DNA from: Prolixibacteraceae bacterium
Lineage (GTDB): Bacteria > Bacteroidota > Bacteroidia > Bacteroidales > Prolixibacteraceae
NCBI GenBank assembly: GCA_963675995.2
Contig: CAXXIY010000001.1
Coordinates: forward strand, 2,106,690-2,170,689
DNA length: 64,000 nucleotides
Direction of reading: 5' to 3'
Positions 1-10,567 of this stretch are shown in pieces. The position numbers and the translations under genes are program-made. Under the pieces are notes generated by a model. It was not told the origin of the DNA and did not search any database. It saw only the letters and a list, made by a program, of their open reading frames with translations. The first letter of the stretch is position 1. Every line of letters starts with the position of its first letter.

Positions 1-1806
1 CCTTACCAGGGCAACGGAGTGAATGTTGCCGTTACCAACGGTGAGGTAGTGGTAACTGCAACAACGACAACCACCGAAATCAACTATGTTTTATCGGGCC
101 GTAGCACCAATGGTACCTTTAAGATCTACAGTGATTACAAATTTGGACTTATCCTCAACGGGGCAAGTATTATTAATGTCAAAGGTCCAGCAATAAACAT
201 TCAGTCCAGCAAAAAGGTCTCAGTGTCTGTAGTGACCGGTACCAATAACAGACTTATCGACGGAGCTACCTATGCAGCCAGTTCTGAAGATCAAAAAGGG
301 GCCTTTTTCAGTGAAGGGCAACTCATTTTCAGCGGCAAAGGATCGCTGGCGGTTACCGGTAAATACAAACATGGTATTTGCAGTGATGGCTACATTTATA
401 TTCAGGATGGAAATATTACTATTTCCCAGGCAGTTACCGATGGGATGCATGCCAACGATTATGTTAAGATAGATGGAGGAACTGTTGCTATAACTTCATC
501 GGCTGATGGTATTGACTGTGAAGCGGGTTATGTGGCTATCAATGGCGGGTCGGTCACCGTTAACAGCGTCGATGATGGTATAACGACCTCATACACTGGT
601 ACAGATGTTACAATTGTTCCATATGTGACTGTCAATGGGGGAGTTATCAATATTACTACCACAGGTGATAAAGGTAATGCTATCAAAAGCAAAGGTTATA
701 CGCTTGTAAACAGCAATGATGCAATTACACTCAAAGTTTCGGGCAAGGCTTCCAAAGGTTTTAAGACAACAGGTGATTTCACCCTTACCAATGGAAATGT
801 AACCATTACGACTACAGGGAATGCCTATTATGATACCACAGATAAAGATATTGCCGCTGCTTCGGGCATTAATTGCGATAAAACATTTACCATGGCAAAG
901 GGAACCTTATCGATTACCAGCAGTGGACTTGGTGGAAAAGGTATTTCCGTGGATAATACGATGACAATAAATGGCGGAACAATCAATATTACCGCATCTG
1001 GTTCCAAATTTACTTATGGTACAACTTCCAGTGAAGCAAAAGGAATAAAATGTGATAACGAATTAGTCATCAATAATGGAGTACTCAATATCTCAGCTGC
1101 TGATGACGGAATGAAATCTGAGAAATCAATAACAATTAACGGAGGAACCGTAATAATTTCGAAATCCTATGAGGGGATTGAAGCGCCAAAAATAAATCTG
1201 CTCATGGGAACTGTAACGGTTGTTTCAACAGACGATTGTTTGAATTCAACAAATGGGAATGGAGGTGAAGCTAACGATGGCAGTTTAATGACCATTGCCG
1301 GCGGCACAATCGCGCTGAGTTCATCCGGTGGAGATTCGATGGATAGTAACGGTAGTATTGTGATGACAGGTGGCACCGTTATTGCTCAGGGACCTCCCTC
1401 GGCACCTGAAGTTGCTCTGGATTATAACGGAACATTCAATATTTCAGGCGGACTCTTTATAGCCTCAGGGCCGAACTCAGGGAATATGATTCAGGCTACG
1501 AGTACCTCATCAACTCAAAATGCGGTATTGGCCAAAACATCCGCAAGTATGTCAACAGGAACTTTATTCAATATTCAGGATGCGAGTGGCAACACGCTTG
1601 TTACCTACGCCCCTGCAAGAAATGCCTATTATTTTGTATTCTCATCCCCAAGCTTGCAAAGTGGTTCTTCTTTTAAAATTTTTACAGGGGGTACTATCAC
1701 CGGAGCAACATCCACCAACGGATTGTATATCGGAGGTAACTATAGTGGGGGAACACAAAAATCCTCCTTTACTCCATCATCAAAAGTTACAAGCGTTACT
1801 TTCTAA
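1..1806 (+). CDS. Secreted carbohydrate-binding beta-helix repeat protein (Cthe_2159-like), 5'-partial
   Basis: The frame is open from nt 1 (PYQGNG precedes the listed start at 19), so the gene probably starts upstream of the window. The protein is built of repeated G/T/N-rich ~25-aa units ([49 protein letters not shown]) with interspersed DG(I/M) motifs, typical of parallel beta-helix Cthe_2159-type proteins. The family name is from memory. Confidence 0.5.
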   Translation, partial: PYQGNGVNVAVTNGEVVVTATTTTTEINYVLSGRSTNGTFKIYSDYKFGLILNGASIINVKGPAINIQSSKKVSVSVVTGTNNRLIDGATYAASSEDQKGAFFSEGQLIFSGKGSLAVTGKYKHGICSDGYIYIQDGNITISQAVTDGMHANDYVKIDGGTVAITSSADGIDCEAGYVAINGGSVTVNSVDDGITTSYTGTDVTIVPYVTVNGGVINITTTGDKGNAIKSKGYTLVNSNDAITLKVSGKASKGFKTTGDFTLTNGNVTITTTGNAYYDTTDKDIAAASGINCDKTFTMAKGTLSITSSGLGGKGISVDNTMTINGGTINITASGSKFTYGTTSSEAKGIKCDNELVINNGVLNISAADDGMKSEKSITINGGTVIISKSYEGIEAPKINLLMGTVTVVSTDDCLNSTNGNGGEANDGSLMTIAGGTIALSSSGGDSMDSNGSIVMTGGTVIAQGPPSAPEVALDYNGTFNISGGLFIASGPNSGNMIQATSTSSTQNAVLAKTSASMSTGTLFNIQDASGNTLVTYAPARNAYYFVFSSPSLQSGSSFKIFTGGTITGATSTNGLYIGGNYSGGTQKSSFTPSSKVTSVTF

Positions 1807-2055
1807 GGACAGATACGCCTAAGAAACCGGGAAGTCAGCAATTAAATACCGGGAGAAAACAAGAAGGGGGTGTTCCACAAGGGCACCCTCCTTTTTGATG
1901 AAAATGACTGCAAAATATTTTCTTATTATTTGGATTTCAATTTTTTTAATAATTTTATACGTGTGAATGGAATATAAAGGGGGAGTATGAAATTGGATAG
2001 GAATAATAGACCTGAAGATCCGAACAAAATATTTGTCTGACAAATCCAATAAATT

Positions 2056-3495
2056 ATGCAAAGTAAACGGAGAGATTTTCTGAAACTTGCCGGCCTGACA
2101 GGTGTTGGCTTAGCTAGCGGAGGGTTCACCAAAGGGTTTGGACAGGAAGGGGTGAAGGAAGAGGTGCCAGATCTTCCCCAATTCATTAAACAATACGGCC
2201 AATTGCGCGAACAGCAGTTTAACATGTCGGGTTTTGCAGCTCCCAAAATAGCCACAGTACGTGTTGGAATCATCGGTTTAGGTCAGCGAGGCCCTTCGCA
2301 TGTCCAACGGATGAGTATCCTCGAAGGGGTTGAGATCAAGGCACTCTGTGATCTTTTACCAGAGAAGGCAGAAGCGTCCAAAAAGAAACTGGAAGGAACT
2401 GGCCATCATCCGGATCTTTATTCAGGGGCCAGAGACGAATGGAAAAAGGTTTGTGAACGGGATGACATAGATCTGGTCATCATCACTACTCCATGGTACT
2501 TACATGCCGAAATGGGAATTTATGCAATGGAGCACGGGAAGCATGTGGCTTCAGAAGTGCCTGCGGCGGGTACTATCGAAGAGTGCTGGAAGTTGGTGGA
2601 GACCGCGGAACGCACGCGAAAGCATTTCATGATGATGGAGAACTATGTCTATATGGAATTCCAGCTCCTTACTCTGAATATGGCCAGGCAGGGCTTTTTT
2701 GGAGAGGTGGTACATGGCGACTGTGCTTATAATACGAGCAAAATGGGAAATAATTTTTCCAAATCGCTTTATTGGGACATGTGGTGGCTGAAACAATATG
2801 CCTGGCGGAAGGGTAACTTCTATCCAACACATGGGTTAGGACCTATATCTTATGTGATGGACATCAACCGGGGCGACCGACTCGATTTCCTGGTGTCGGT
2901 TGAAAGTAACGATTTTATGATGAATAACAGAGCTCAGGAGCTGGCTGCAAATGATGATTTCTTCAGGCCATTCACAGGCAAGGATTACCGGGGGAATATG
3001 AACGTGACCACGATCCGCACCAAGAAGGGGAAAACCATTATGCTGCAACACGATGCAACGTCGCCTTCGCCGCATAATCTGATTCACGGAATATCAGGAA
3101 CTCGTGGAACAGCCCTTTACGACCCCCAGCCTCCTAGGTTTGCAGCGGGGAACCATCAATGGGTTCTGCAAGAGGAGTTCGAAAAACTGAAAGAAAAATA
3201 TACCCCTAAACTTTTTGAAAGGATGGGGACCATCGCCAGAGAGAGTGGCCATGGTGGTTCAGACCTCCTTTTGAGCTGGCGCCTGATTGATTGTTTGCAT
3301 AACGGACTTCCACTGGATCAGGATGTTTACGATGCGGCAAGTTTAAGTTCTATTGTCCCTTTAAGTGAATGGTCGGTGCGCAATCATTCCAATTCCATCG
3401 ATATACCCGATTTTACCTCCGGAGCATGGGAGACCAATAAACGGAATATGGATATCAATCTGGAAAAGGGAGGGAACACTAAAATAAAAGGATAA
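2056..3495 (+). CDS. Gfo/Idh/MocA-family NAD-dependent oxidoreductase with twin-arginine signal (GH109-like)
   Basis: N-terminal Tat motif KRRDFLKLAGLTGVGLA. Rossmann motif VGIIGLGQRG. The size (~480 aa) and overall layout match Bacteroidota GH109-like proteins. Confidence 0.7.
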   Translation: MQSKRRDFLKLAGLTGVGLASGGFTKGFGQEGVKEEVPDLPQFIKQYGQLREQQFNMSGFAAPKIATVRVGIIGLGQRGPSHVQRMSILEGVEIKALCDLLPEKAEASKKKLEGTGHHPDLYSGARDEWKKVCERDDIDLVIITTPWYLHAEMGIYAMEHGKHVASEVPAAGTIEECWKLVETAERTRKHFMMMENYVYMEFQLLTLNMARQGFFGEVVHGDCAYNTSKMGNNFSKSLYWDMWWLKQYAWRKGNFYPTHGLGPISYVMDINRGDRLDFLVSVESNDFMMNNRAQELAANDDFFRPFTGKDYRGNMNVTTIRTKKGKTIMLQHDATSPSPHNLIHGISGTRGTALYDPQPPRFAAGNHQWVLQEEFEKLKEKYTPKLFERMGTIARESGHGGSDLLLSWRLIDCLHNGLPLDQDVYDAASLSSIVPLSEWSVRNHSNSIDIPDFTSGAWETNKRNMDINLEKGGNTKIKG

Positions 3496-3567
3496 AGCCG
3501 ATTTCAACCGGATTACTGCTTTTTGAAGACGAATTTTTGATAATGATCTCAACACTGAAATAAAATT

Positions 3568-4647
3568 ATGATGAGTCACAACCGAAATCCACATATTCAT
3601 TCATCTCCGCTACCCGTCGATATCGTCTTTCATCCTTCGTGGTGGTTCAGACATGCGGGGATAAGTTTTGATGAGGATTTTTATTACCACCCTCTCAGAA
3701 GGGTTGAGGTTGAGAGGCAGATGGAGGAGGAACTTTACCAAAGGTTTGGTCGGTTTGGTTTAGGCAAGGATAGGAAAACGAATCTGCCCCTGATCGGGGC
3801 AGTGCATAATGCTGCAGGGTATATCCTGTCGGAGATGCTTGGTTGCAAGGTGATCTATCAACAGGACAGTTCACCCCAGGTCATTGCCGAAGGAATGGAT
3901 AGATTGGATATTCATGTGGAAGATGCATTTAAAAGCCCGGTTTTCAAGCGGTTGTTAATGCTTCAGGAAAAGCTGAAGGGGAAGTACGGATATCTAACCG
4001 GAGACATCAACTGGAGCGGGATACTGAACATTGCCATGGATCTGGTTGGAGAAAAAGTCTTTACCGATTTTTTTATCGAACCCGAAGCAACAAAAGCACA
4101 ATTTATGCTGATAGCTGAAGTAATTGAGAAGTTTGTTTCAGGTATTACTCTGGAAACCGGAACAAGTTCCATTTCCGTGAACCGGAATGTGAGAAACATT
4201 GAACAACCTGTCTTTTTGCATTCGGAATGCTCCCATACCATGATTTCTACAGAACAATATGAGGAATTTTTATTGCCTGCAGATATTCAGTGGAGTAAAA
4301 AGTACCGCCCGTTTGGTATCCACTACTGCGGAAATGATCCCCACCGGTATGCAGAGTCCTTTGCAAAAATAGAAAATCTCGATTTTCTGGATGTAGGCTG
4401 GGGTGGCGATGTTAAAGAACTGAGGAAACATCTGCCCAATACCTTCTTAAACATCCGTTTAGATCCGGTAACAATTAACAATTATACTGACAGCGAACTG
4501 CATGCAACGATTGCCCGGCTTGTTCAGGATTCAGGAAATCCTTATCTGACAGGAGTCTGTTGCATAAATATGGATGATAAGGTCGAAGATTCCAGGATTG
4601 AGGGCATTTTCAATTCTGTTAACGAAATCAAATTGGATATGGTTTGA
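3568..4647 (+). CDS. Hypothetical cytoplasmic protein, possibly uroporphyrinogen-decarboxylase-like (URO-D/MtaA-type) fold
   Basis: Long ORF with no signal peptide, co-directional with the upstream gene. The fold guess rests on weak overall resemblance only. Confidence 0.3.
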   Translation: MMSHNRNPHIHSSPLPVDIVFHPSWWFRHAGISFDEDFYYHPLRRVEVERQMEEELYQRFGRFGLGKDRKTNLPLIGAVHNAAGYILSEMLGCKVIYQQDSSPQVIAEGMDRLDIHVEDAFKSPVFKRLLMLQEKLKGKYGYLTGDINWSGILNIAMDLVGEKVFTDFFIEPEATKAQFMLIAEVIEKFVSGITLETGTSSISVNRNVRNIEQPVFLHSECSHTMISTEQYEEFLLPADIQWSKKYRPFGIHYCGNDPHRYAESFAKIENLDFLDVGWGGDVKELRKHLPNTFLNIRLDPVTINNYTDSELHATIARLVQDSGNPYLTGVCCINMDDKVEDSRIEGIFNSVNEIKLDMV

Positions 4648-4679
4648 CAGTGAACTGAGCCTGATTATGTTTACCTATC

Positions 4680-6551
4680 CTATTCGTCCTTTGGATTCAG
4701 TGCCAAAAGCACCAAATAACCATCGCAGAGGAATCCTTCATACCCCCAGCATTCCCCTTGCCAGGTTTTCCAATCTTTAGCCATTATGCCGCAGAAGCCC
4801 TGAAAATCACCTTTGTTAATCCCTTCAAGAATGCCATCCTGAATAATCTTTAGCTCCTCGTACATACCGGCTTTCTGAAATGCCTTTAAGGTAAAGTACG
4901 ACCAGTTAATCGATGCACCTCCATTTTCATAACGTTGAAACGCATCACTGCCATCTTCCTTTTCACCGCCACCCCACCGTGGATCGTGATGATAATAATC
5001 TTCTCTTCTGACAGAAACCAAATTACCAGGAACTCCCATACTAAAGTCTTTGAATCCAACTTCACCCATTTTCTTCCAAAGGGCCTCCATCACCCCTTTC
5101 ACTTTATCCTCCGGCACCAGATTGTAGTAAACAGCCATACTATTTACATATAAAAAGTAGTAATCGTGAAGATTTCCGTCTTTACTTTTCCAACCCGCCA
5201 AAACACCGGTATTTGGGTTGTAAAATGTTGGGAAGTAGGAATCCCTGAGCTTTTGAGCGTATCGTTTATAGATATCAGCATCCTCTTTTTTACTGAGTTT
5301 TTCAGAAGTCTCAGCCATAAGGATTAGCGCATGATAGGTTAGGGCATTGCTGAAAGCATCTTCATGACCAAACCCAATGGTATCCCACCAGTTGGCTGGT
5401 CTCATTTTTTGATCCTCTGAACCCGAATTACCACTTCGTAGATCCTCAACCAAACCGTTATTATTGCGATCCCTCTTCATCTGGCTATCCATCCACCCTT
5501 TAATGACCGGATAATATTTTTCAGCCCATTTCTTATCATTGGATCCTTTTACAAAATTGCAGGCTGATATGACCAGTGAAGGATAGGAATCAAGATAGGA
5601 GTCATGCTTCGAAGTGTCAGGTTTGGCGAGATTTCCAGTTGTCTCCCAATCAGAGTTGTATCCCTCAAGACCATAAGCCTTCATCCCGTTCAAATACTTT
5701 TCGATGGACATTTTAAGCAAATCAAGCGCGGTTAAGGAATGGACAAGTGGCGGTGTTTTAAGCGCAAGCATCGACGAAAGAAAGAGTGTAAACGCACAGG
5801 GATCGCTGCAGGAGTTATTGGCTAAAACCTGGAGTCTTGGATTTACCTGGAATAAATTCAGGTAATTGCGCCTATACCCGGCGAATTTTTCACTTTCAAC
5901 TCCCGGAAACTTAGGATAAACAGATCTGGAAGTGAATGTATACCGAATCGTTTTCTGATTCTCATTTGCAACGGGTAAAACAATTGAGATATAATTAGTT
6001 TCTTTTTTGCGGTTTGCATCATAATCAACAGTAACTCCGGGTTTGCTGGCAATCAACCGGAAGGTTCCCATATCGGGAAGGTGCAGAATCGCTGGTAATT
6101 GGGTTTTATTTTTTTGGACCATCAATCCCAGTAGTGTGGCATGGTTTTCATGCTTGTCAAATCTGAAATTTACCCCCTTTGATAAATTCCCGGTATGATA
6201 GATTGATGTTACAGAGAATTTCTTCTCAAAGAATTTGAACACCCATTCGACATCGCCGAAAGCTCCCTTTCGGCATATTTCTACTTCTGAATCTGAAACC
6301 TTATGAAGATCAAATTCCCCAGAACCAAGTGACTCTTTCCACCTGATAATATTTTTATAAAGCATTTGGTTTCCCAATCCATCCACCGAAAAGGATTTCA
6401 CAAATGGGGAATTACTCACCAACTGAATCCTGTAGAATTTTGAAACAAATACAAAACTGTCTACCTTTTCAGAGCACAATGTTCCAAGAGGTAAAATGAT
6501 TACCAGCAATACGATCAGCCACTTATTTCTAACTGTCTTCCTGTTTTCCAT
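4680..6551 (-). CDS. Secreted hypothetical protein with six-hairpin (alpha/alpha)6 glycoside-hydrolase-like C-terminal half
   Basis: N-terminal hydrophobic signal (KWLIVLLVIILPLGTLCS). The C-terminal half is rich in W/Y/D helical-hairpin patterns (WWDTIGFGHEDAFSNALTYHAL). No family was identified. Confidence 0.35.
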   Translation of the reverse strand: MENRKTVRNKWLIVLLVIILPLGTLCSEKVDSFVFVSKFYRIQLVSNSPFVKSFSVDGLGNQMLYKNIIRWKESLGSGEFDLHKVSDSEVEICRKGAFGDVEWVFKFFEKKFSVTSIYHTGNLSKGVNFRFDKHENHATLLGLMVQKNKTQLPAILHLPDMGTFRLIASKPGVTVDYDANRKKETNYISIVLPVANENQKTIRYTFTSRSVYPKFPGVESEKFAGYRRNYLNLFQVNPRLQVLANNSCSDPCAFTLFLSSMLALKTPPLVHSLTALDLLKMSIEKYLNGMKAYGLEGYNSDWETTGNLAKPDTSKHDSYLDSYPSLVISACNFVKGSNDKKWAEKYYPVIKGWMDSQMKRDRNNNGLVEDLRSGNSGSEDQKMRPANWWDTIGFGHEDAFSNALTYHALILMAETSEKLSKKEDADIYKRYAQKLRDSYFPTFYNPNTGVLAGWKSKDGNLHDYYFLYVNSMAVYYNLVPEDKVKGVMEALWKKMGEVGFKDFSMGVPGNLVSVRREDYYHHDPRWGGGEKEDGSDAFQRYENGGASINWSYFTLKAFQKAGMYEELKIIQDGILEGINKGDFQGFCGIMAKDWKTWQGECWGYEGFLCDGYLVLLALNPKDE

Positions 6552-6639
6552 TTTAGATATCGGCGCTTCCCAACGTGATAAAAAATTTGAAAAATAATGC
6601 TTAACGTTACCTTAGTGATTAATCAAAAGATGAACTTTT

Positions 6640-8586
6640 TTATACTTGATTTTTAGCTTCGATTCCGAAAGTAAATCCGGCTTTTACACGTTCAATCAGT
6701 TCGGGAATAATGTCCTGATAATTTCCAATGATACCGAAATCGGCGTTGTTAAAGATGCTCGCTTTAGGGTTTTGATTAATTGCGATTACCTTACCTGATT
6801 CTTTCATTCCTGCGATGTGCTGGATGGCGCCTGAGATACCAACGGCAACATAAATTTTCGGGCGGACAGTTTTTCCGGTTTGTCCCACTTGTCGGGCATA
6901 CTCAGTAATCCCTTCATCTACCACCGGTCGGCTGCATGCCCATTCGGCATTGATCCCCTGGCTTTTTAATGCCTCAGCCAGCGCTTTTATAAGACCCAGA
7001 CTGTCATTTGTTGTTCCCCTTCCACCTGAAATAATGATATCAGCATCGAAAAGATTTTGTAATCCACCTTCGCCTCGCACAGTTTTTAGAATCTTGACAA
7101 CAAAATCTTTTTCATCCAAAACAGGTTCGAAACCTGAAACAATTCCTTTTCTGCCTACAATACGCTCTGGAACCTCAAAGGTGCCGGCGCGTGCAGTTGA
7201 AACCTGGGGACAAACAAAACCCAGAATTGTTGCAAGTTTGCTTTCACCATATGTCGGACGGCGTGATTCAAGGATCGGGGAATAGATTACTTTTTCTTTT
7301 TTATTGATATACTCACCAATTTCAAGTCCTGTACAGTCGGCAGTCACTCCACTGCTGGTTCTCATCCCGATTCTCGGAGCTAATTCCCTCCCTGAAGTGG
7401 TGGCAGCAAAGAGGGCAATTTCAGGATTCCGTTCCCTGATCACCTGTGTGAAAATCGATGCGAACGGAAGAACAAGGTATTCTTCAAGCCTGTCGTTTTC
7501 AACAAAAATCACCTCGTCCGAACCATGCTCAATTAATGTCTGAGCCAATGGCTGAACATTTTTCCCGATAATAAGTGTCATAACTTTTGTATCCTTACCC
7601 AATTGAGTAGCCAGGTTTCTGGCAGGTGTTAAAAGTTCGAGCGATGGACGTGAGATATTCCCGTTGGTTACTTCGGCCCAGGTGATAATCCCCGTTGCAC
7701 CATTTCTGAAATCTTTGTCAGGGAACTCGGGGCGATCTACCTCTTTCTTTGCAGCTTCTTCCTTCTTTACGAGTAAATTTCCCCCTTTTTTTATGTTGGC
7801 GATTAAACTGTCAACTAATGCGACCTCGTTATGACCTTCTGATAGGGTGATCGGTGGCCGCTCACTCACCATATTGACCACTTTGGCGACAATTGTTGGA
7901 GAACCGTTGATTCCTATTTTCTCTGTTCCCAGACCAATATCATCGATGCCAAAAGTGGTAATCTTCAGGTTACGGGCTTTGATGGCTCCGCTCAATGAAG
8001 GTTTACGGGGAGGAATGCCGGTCGGAGTTAGGGATATCATACAAGGCATGGGCAGTTTCATCATCTGATAGCCACCTTCGATAATTCGTTTTGCGATAAC
8101 GCTGTTTGTTCCTTCCGATTTTACACTCTCCACAAATGTAGCCTGTGGGATTCCGATATTTTCAGCGACCTGGGACGGAACGTGTGCCGTATCGCCATCG
8201 CTGGTTTGCCTGCCCGCCAGGATGATATAAGGTTCTTTGGAATCTTTGGTAAATCCAAGGTGCTTAAGCATTGTTGAAATAGCGAGACCGGTAGCATAAG
8301 TATCGCTTCCGCCAAGTTTGCGGTCTGATAACAAGTAGGCTTCGTCGTATCCCATGGCGATCGCACCCCTGAGTGAGGTCTCGAACGATCCAGGGCCCAT
8401 CGAACAAACGATTAAACGTGCATCAGGGTGCTGTTTTTTGAGCTGTAAACCAGCTTCCAGACCAAACTGGCAATCTATATTAATAATTGATTTTGCTTTT
8501 GTCCGGTCCATAAGTCCATCTTCTCCCATTCTCATTTCACTGGGAAGTGGAACTTGTTTTACTAAACTTATAATTGTTAAGGCCAT
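6640..8586 (-). CDS. Fused electron transfer flavoprotein beta-alpha (EtfB-EtfA) polypeptide
   Basis: N-terminal ~260 aa resembles EtfB (ISLVKQVP..., GRQTSDGDTAHVPSQVAE). A K/E-rich linker follows. The C-terminal ~330 aa resembles EtfA with an FAD-binding tail (GGRG..., QVGQTGKTVRPKIYVAVGISGAIQHIAGM). Confidence 0.85.
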   Translation of the reverse strand: MALTIISLVKQVPLPSEMRMGEDGLMDRTKAKSIINIDCQFGLEAGLQLKKQHPDARLIVCSMGPGSFETSLRGAIAMGYDEAYLLSDRKLGGSDTYATGLAISTMLKHLGFTKDSKEPYIILAGRQTSDGDTAHVPSQVAENIGIPQATFVESVKSEGTNSVIAKRIIEGGYQMMKLPMPCMISLTPTGIPPRKPSLSGAIKARNLKITTFGIDDIGLGTEKIGINGSPTIVAKVVNMVSERPPITLSEGHNEVALVDSLIANIKKGGNLLVKKEEAAKKEVDRPEFPDKDFRNGATGIITWAEVTNGNISRPSLELLTPARNLATQLGKDTKVMTLIIGKNVQPLAQTLIEHGSDEVIFVENDRLEEYLVLPFASIFTQVIRERNPEIALFAATTSGRELAPRIGMRTSSGVTADCTGLEIGEYINKKEKVIYSPILESRRPTYGESKLATILGFVCPQVSTARAGTFEVPERIVGRKGIVSGFEPVLDEKDFVVKILKTVRGEGGLQNLFDADIIISGGRGTTNDSLGLIKALAEALKSQGINAEWACSRPVVDEGITEYARQVGQTGKTVRPKIYVAVGISGAIQHIAGMKESGKVIAINQNPKASIFNNADFGIIGNYQDIIPELIERVKAGFTFGIEAKNQV

Positions 8587-8607
8587 CGTTTGAATATCTT
8601 TTAAATG

Positions 8608-10266
8608 CTACATATTTTGAAAATCCGGACCATTGCCGCCATTGGGGATGACCCATGTTATGGCTTGTCCCGGAGCTTTAATATCACAGGTCTTGCAATG
8701 CATACAATTCTCTGCATGGATCCTTATCTCCTTCTCACCTGCTTTGTTAATATGAAGTTCATAAACTTCTGACGAACAGTAAAATTGCTCAGGCGCTCCA
8801 TACTGTTCAATATTAACCGCTTTATATTTCTCAGGATCATTAATATGGATGTGAACGACCTGCTGCTCGTCATGGAAAACGCCCGAGTGGTAAACATCTG
8901 TTGATTTATCGAAAGTTAACACTTTGTCGAAATCCAGTTTACCTTTAAACCGTTCTTTAAATGGCTTCTGTTTTAGTTCACTCAATTTCGAAGTTGCCTG
9001 GTAGTCAGGATGAGTCCTTAGTCGGCCAAAGAATCCAGCTCCACCGGTAATTAGTTGAGTCGCAAAATGCAATCCTCCGATAAACAGACCTTTTGCAAAT
9101 CCTTGCCTGAAATTTCGGACAGGATACATCTCCCGGCGAATAGTGCTGTTATTTAATAGTGTCTCGTACTGTTTAAGACTATTCTCAGAGGTATCGTTGT
9201 TTAACAGCGCATTGGCGGCAGTTTCGGCTGCCAGCATTCCGGATTTTATTGCCAAATGTGTCCCTTTCAATGCAGGCATGGCAACCAAACCTGCACTGTC
9301 TCCTACGATTAATGCATTATCGACATATAATTTTGGAATCGCATAATAACCACCTTCGGGAAGCGTTTTGGCGCCATATTCTACTAATTTTCCCCCTTTC
9401 AGAATTTTCGAAACGAAAGAAGTGGTTTTCCATGCTTGCATTGCGTCATGAACATCAAAAGAGGGGTCTTTGTAATCGAGTCCGACAACAATCCCTACAG
9501 CCACTTTATTATCGTTCAATCCGTAAATAAAACCTCCACCAAACTCTTCATTATTAAGTGGGTATCCCATCGTATGATAAACCTGTCCCGCTGCTATATT
9601 GCCTTCAGGAATCGACCATAACTCCTTACATCCTAAAGAGTATATTTGGTCGTTTTTATCTTTGTCGAGACTAAACTTTTTAATCAGCATTTTTGTCAGA
9701 CTGCCACGTGTCCCTTCGGCAAAGATGGTAATCCGGGATTCTATCCTGGTTCCTGCCTGAAAGTTTTCAAGCTGATTGCCATGATGGTCCAAACCTGTAT
9801 CTTTAGTTTTTGCACCTATTACTTTTCCCTCTTTGTATAAGATTTCATCGATTGCAAACCCTGGATATATCTCCACCCCTTTTTCCTGAGCTTTTACGGC
9901 TAAGTACCTGCAAATTTGACCTAATGATGCAGTGTAATAACCCATATTGCTCATATAGGGGATGTGAAAAGGAAGGGGAAAAGCACTTTTCTCCGAAAGG
10001 ATAATTGTTTTGTCTTTCGTAACCTTTGCATTGAACGGAATTTCTGCAAAGTCGACATCAGGCAATAATTCCTTAAAGACTGCTGGTTTAATTATGGCAC
10101 CGGATATAATATGACTTCCGATTGAACTCCCTTTCTCGATTAACAATATCCGATGGCTTTGTCCATTTTTTTTAAACAGATCTGCCAAATGAATTGCAGT
10201 TGCCAGACCGGAAGGTCCTCCCCCAATTATTAGCACATCTGTTGAAACGGTATCAACATTATTCAT
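8608..10266 (-). CDS. Electron-transfer flavoprotein:quinone oxidoreductase (ETF-QO, FixC/FixX-type fusion)
   Basis: FAD motif DVLIIGGGPSGL. The C-terminal 4Fe-4S region ENCMHCKTCDIKAPGQAITWVIPNGGNGPDFQNM matches the conserved ETF-QO tail. Lies 21 bp upstream of the Etf fusion on the same strand. Confidence 0.85.
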   Translation of the reverse strand: MNNVDTVSTDVLIIGGGPSGLATAIHLADLFKKNGQSHRILLIEKGSSIGSHIISGAIIKPAVFKELLPDVDFAEIPFNAKVTKDKTIILSEKSAFPLPFHIPYMSNMGYYTASLGQICRYLAVKAQEKGVEIYPGFAIDEILYKEGKVIGAKTKDTGLDHHGNQLENFQAGTRIESRITIFAEGTRGSLTKMLIKKFSLDKDKNDQIYSLGCKELWSIPEGNIAAGQVYHTMGYPLNNEEFGGGFIYGLNDNKVAVGIVVGLDYKDPSFDVHDAMQAWKTTSFVSKILKGGKLVEYGAKTLPEGGYYAIPKLYVDNALIVGDSAGLVAMPALKGTHLAIKSGMLAAETAANALLNNDTSENSLKQYETLLNNSTIRREMYPVRNFRQGFAKGLFIGGLHFATQLITGGAGFFGRLRTHPDYQATSKLSELKQKPFKERFKGKLDFDKVLTFDKSTDVYHSGVFHDEQQVVHIHINDPEKYKAVNIEQYGAPEQFYCSSEVYELHINKAGEKEIRIHAENCMHCKTCDIKAPGQAITWVIPNGGNGPDFQNM

Positions 10267-10567
10267 TTTGTGGCCTCCTTTATTAGTTTTGTTATGTTCT
10301 ATAATGTATTTAAAAATTTAAAACTTCAGATAGCGTTAAATTTTTATTTTAAGATTTCGTAAACATACAAAATAGTTATCACCAAGCCGAAAAAAGTCGA
10401 GGTAATGGTAAATATTTTTTATAATCGGTTAAAAAAATTGAATTTTTCAGGGATGAAGCAAAATTTTTATGGATGTTCTCCCTGATTTTGGTCATGGCAA
10501 ATACAATCAGGTGAAATTTATTGTAGCTTTACGTGTCGATACGATTTTGAACTAAATAATAACAGCT

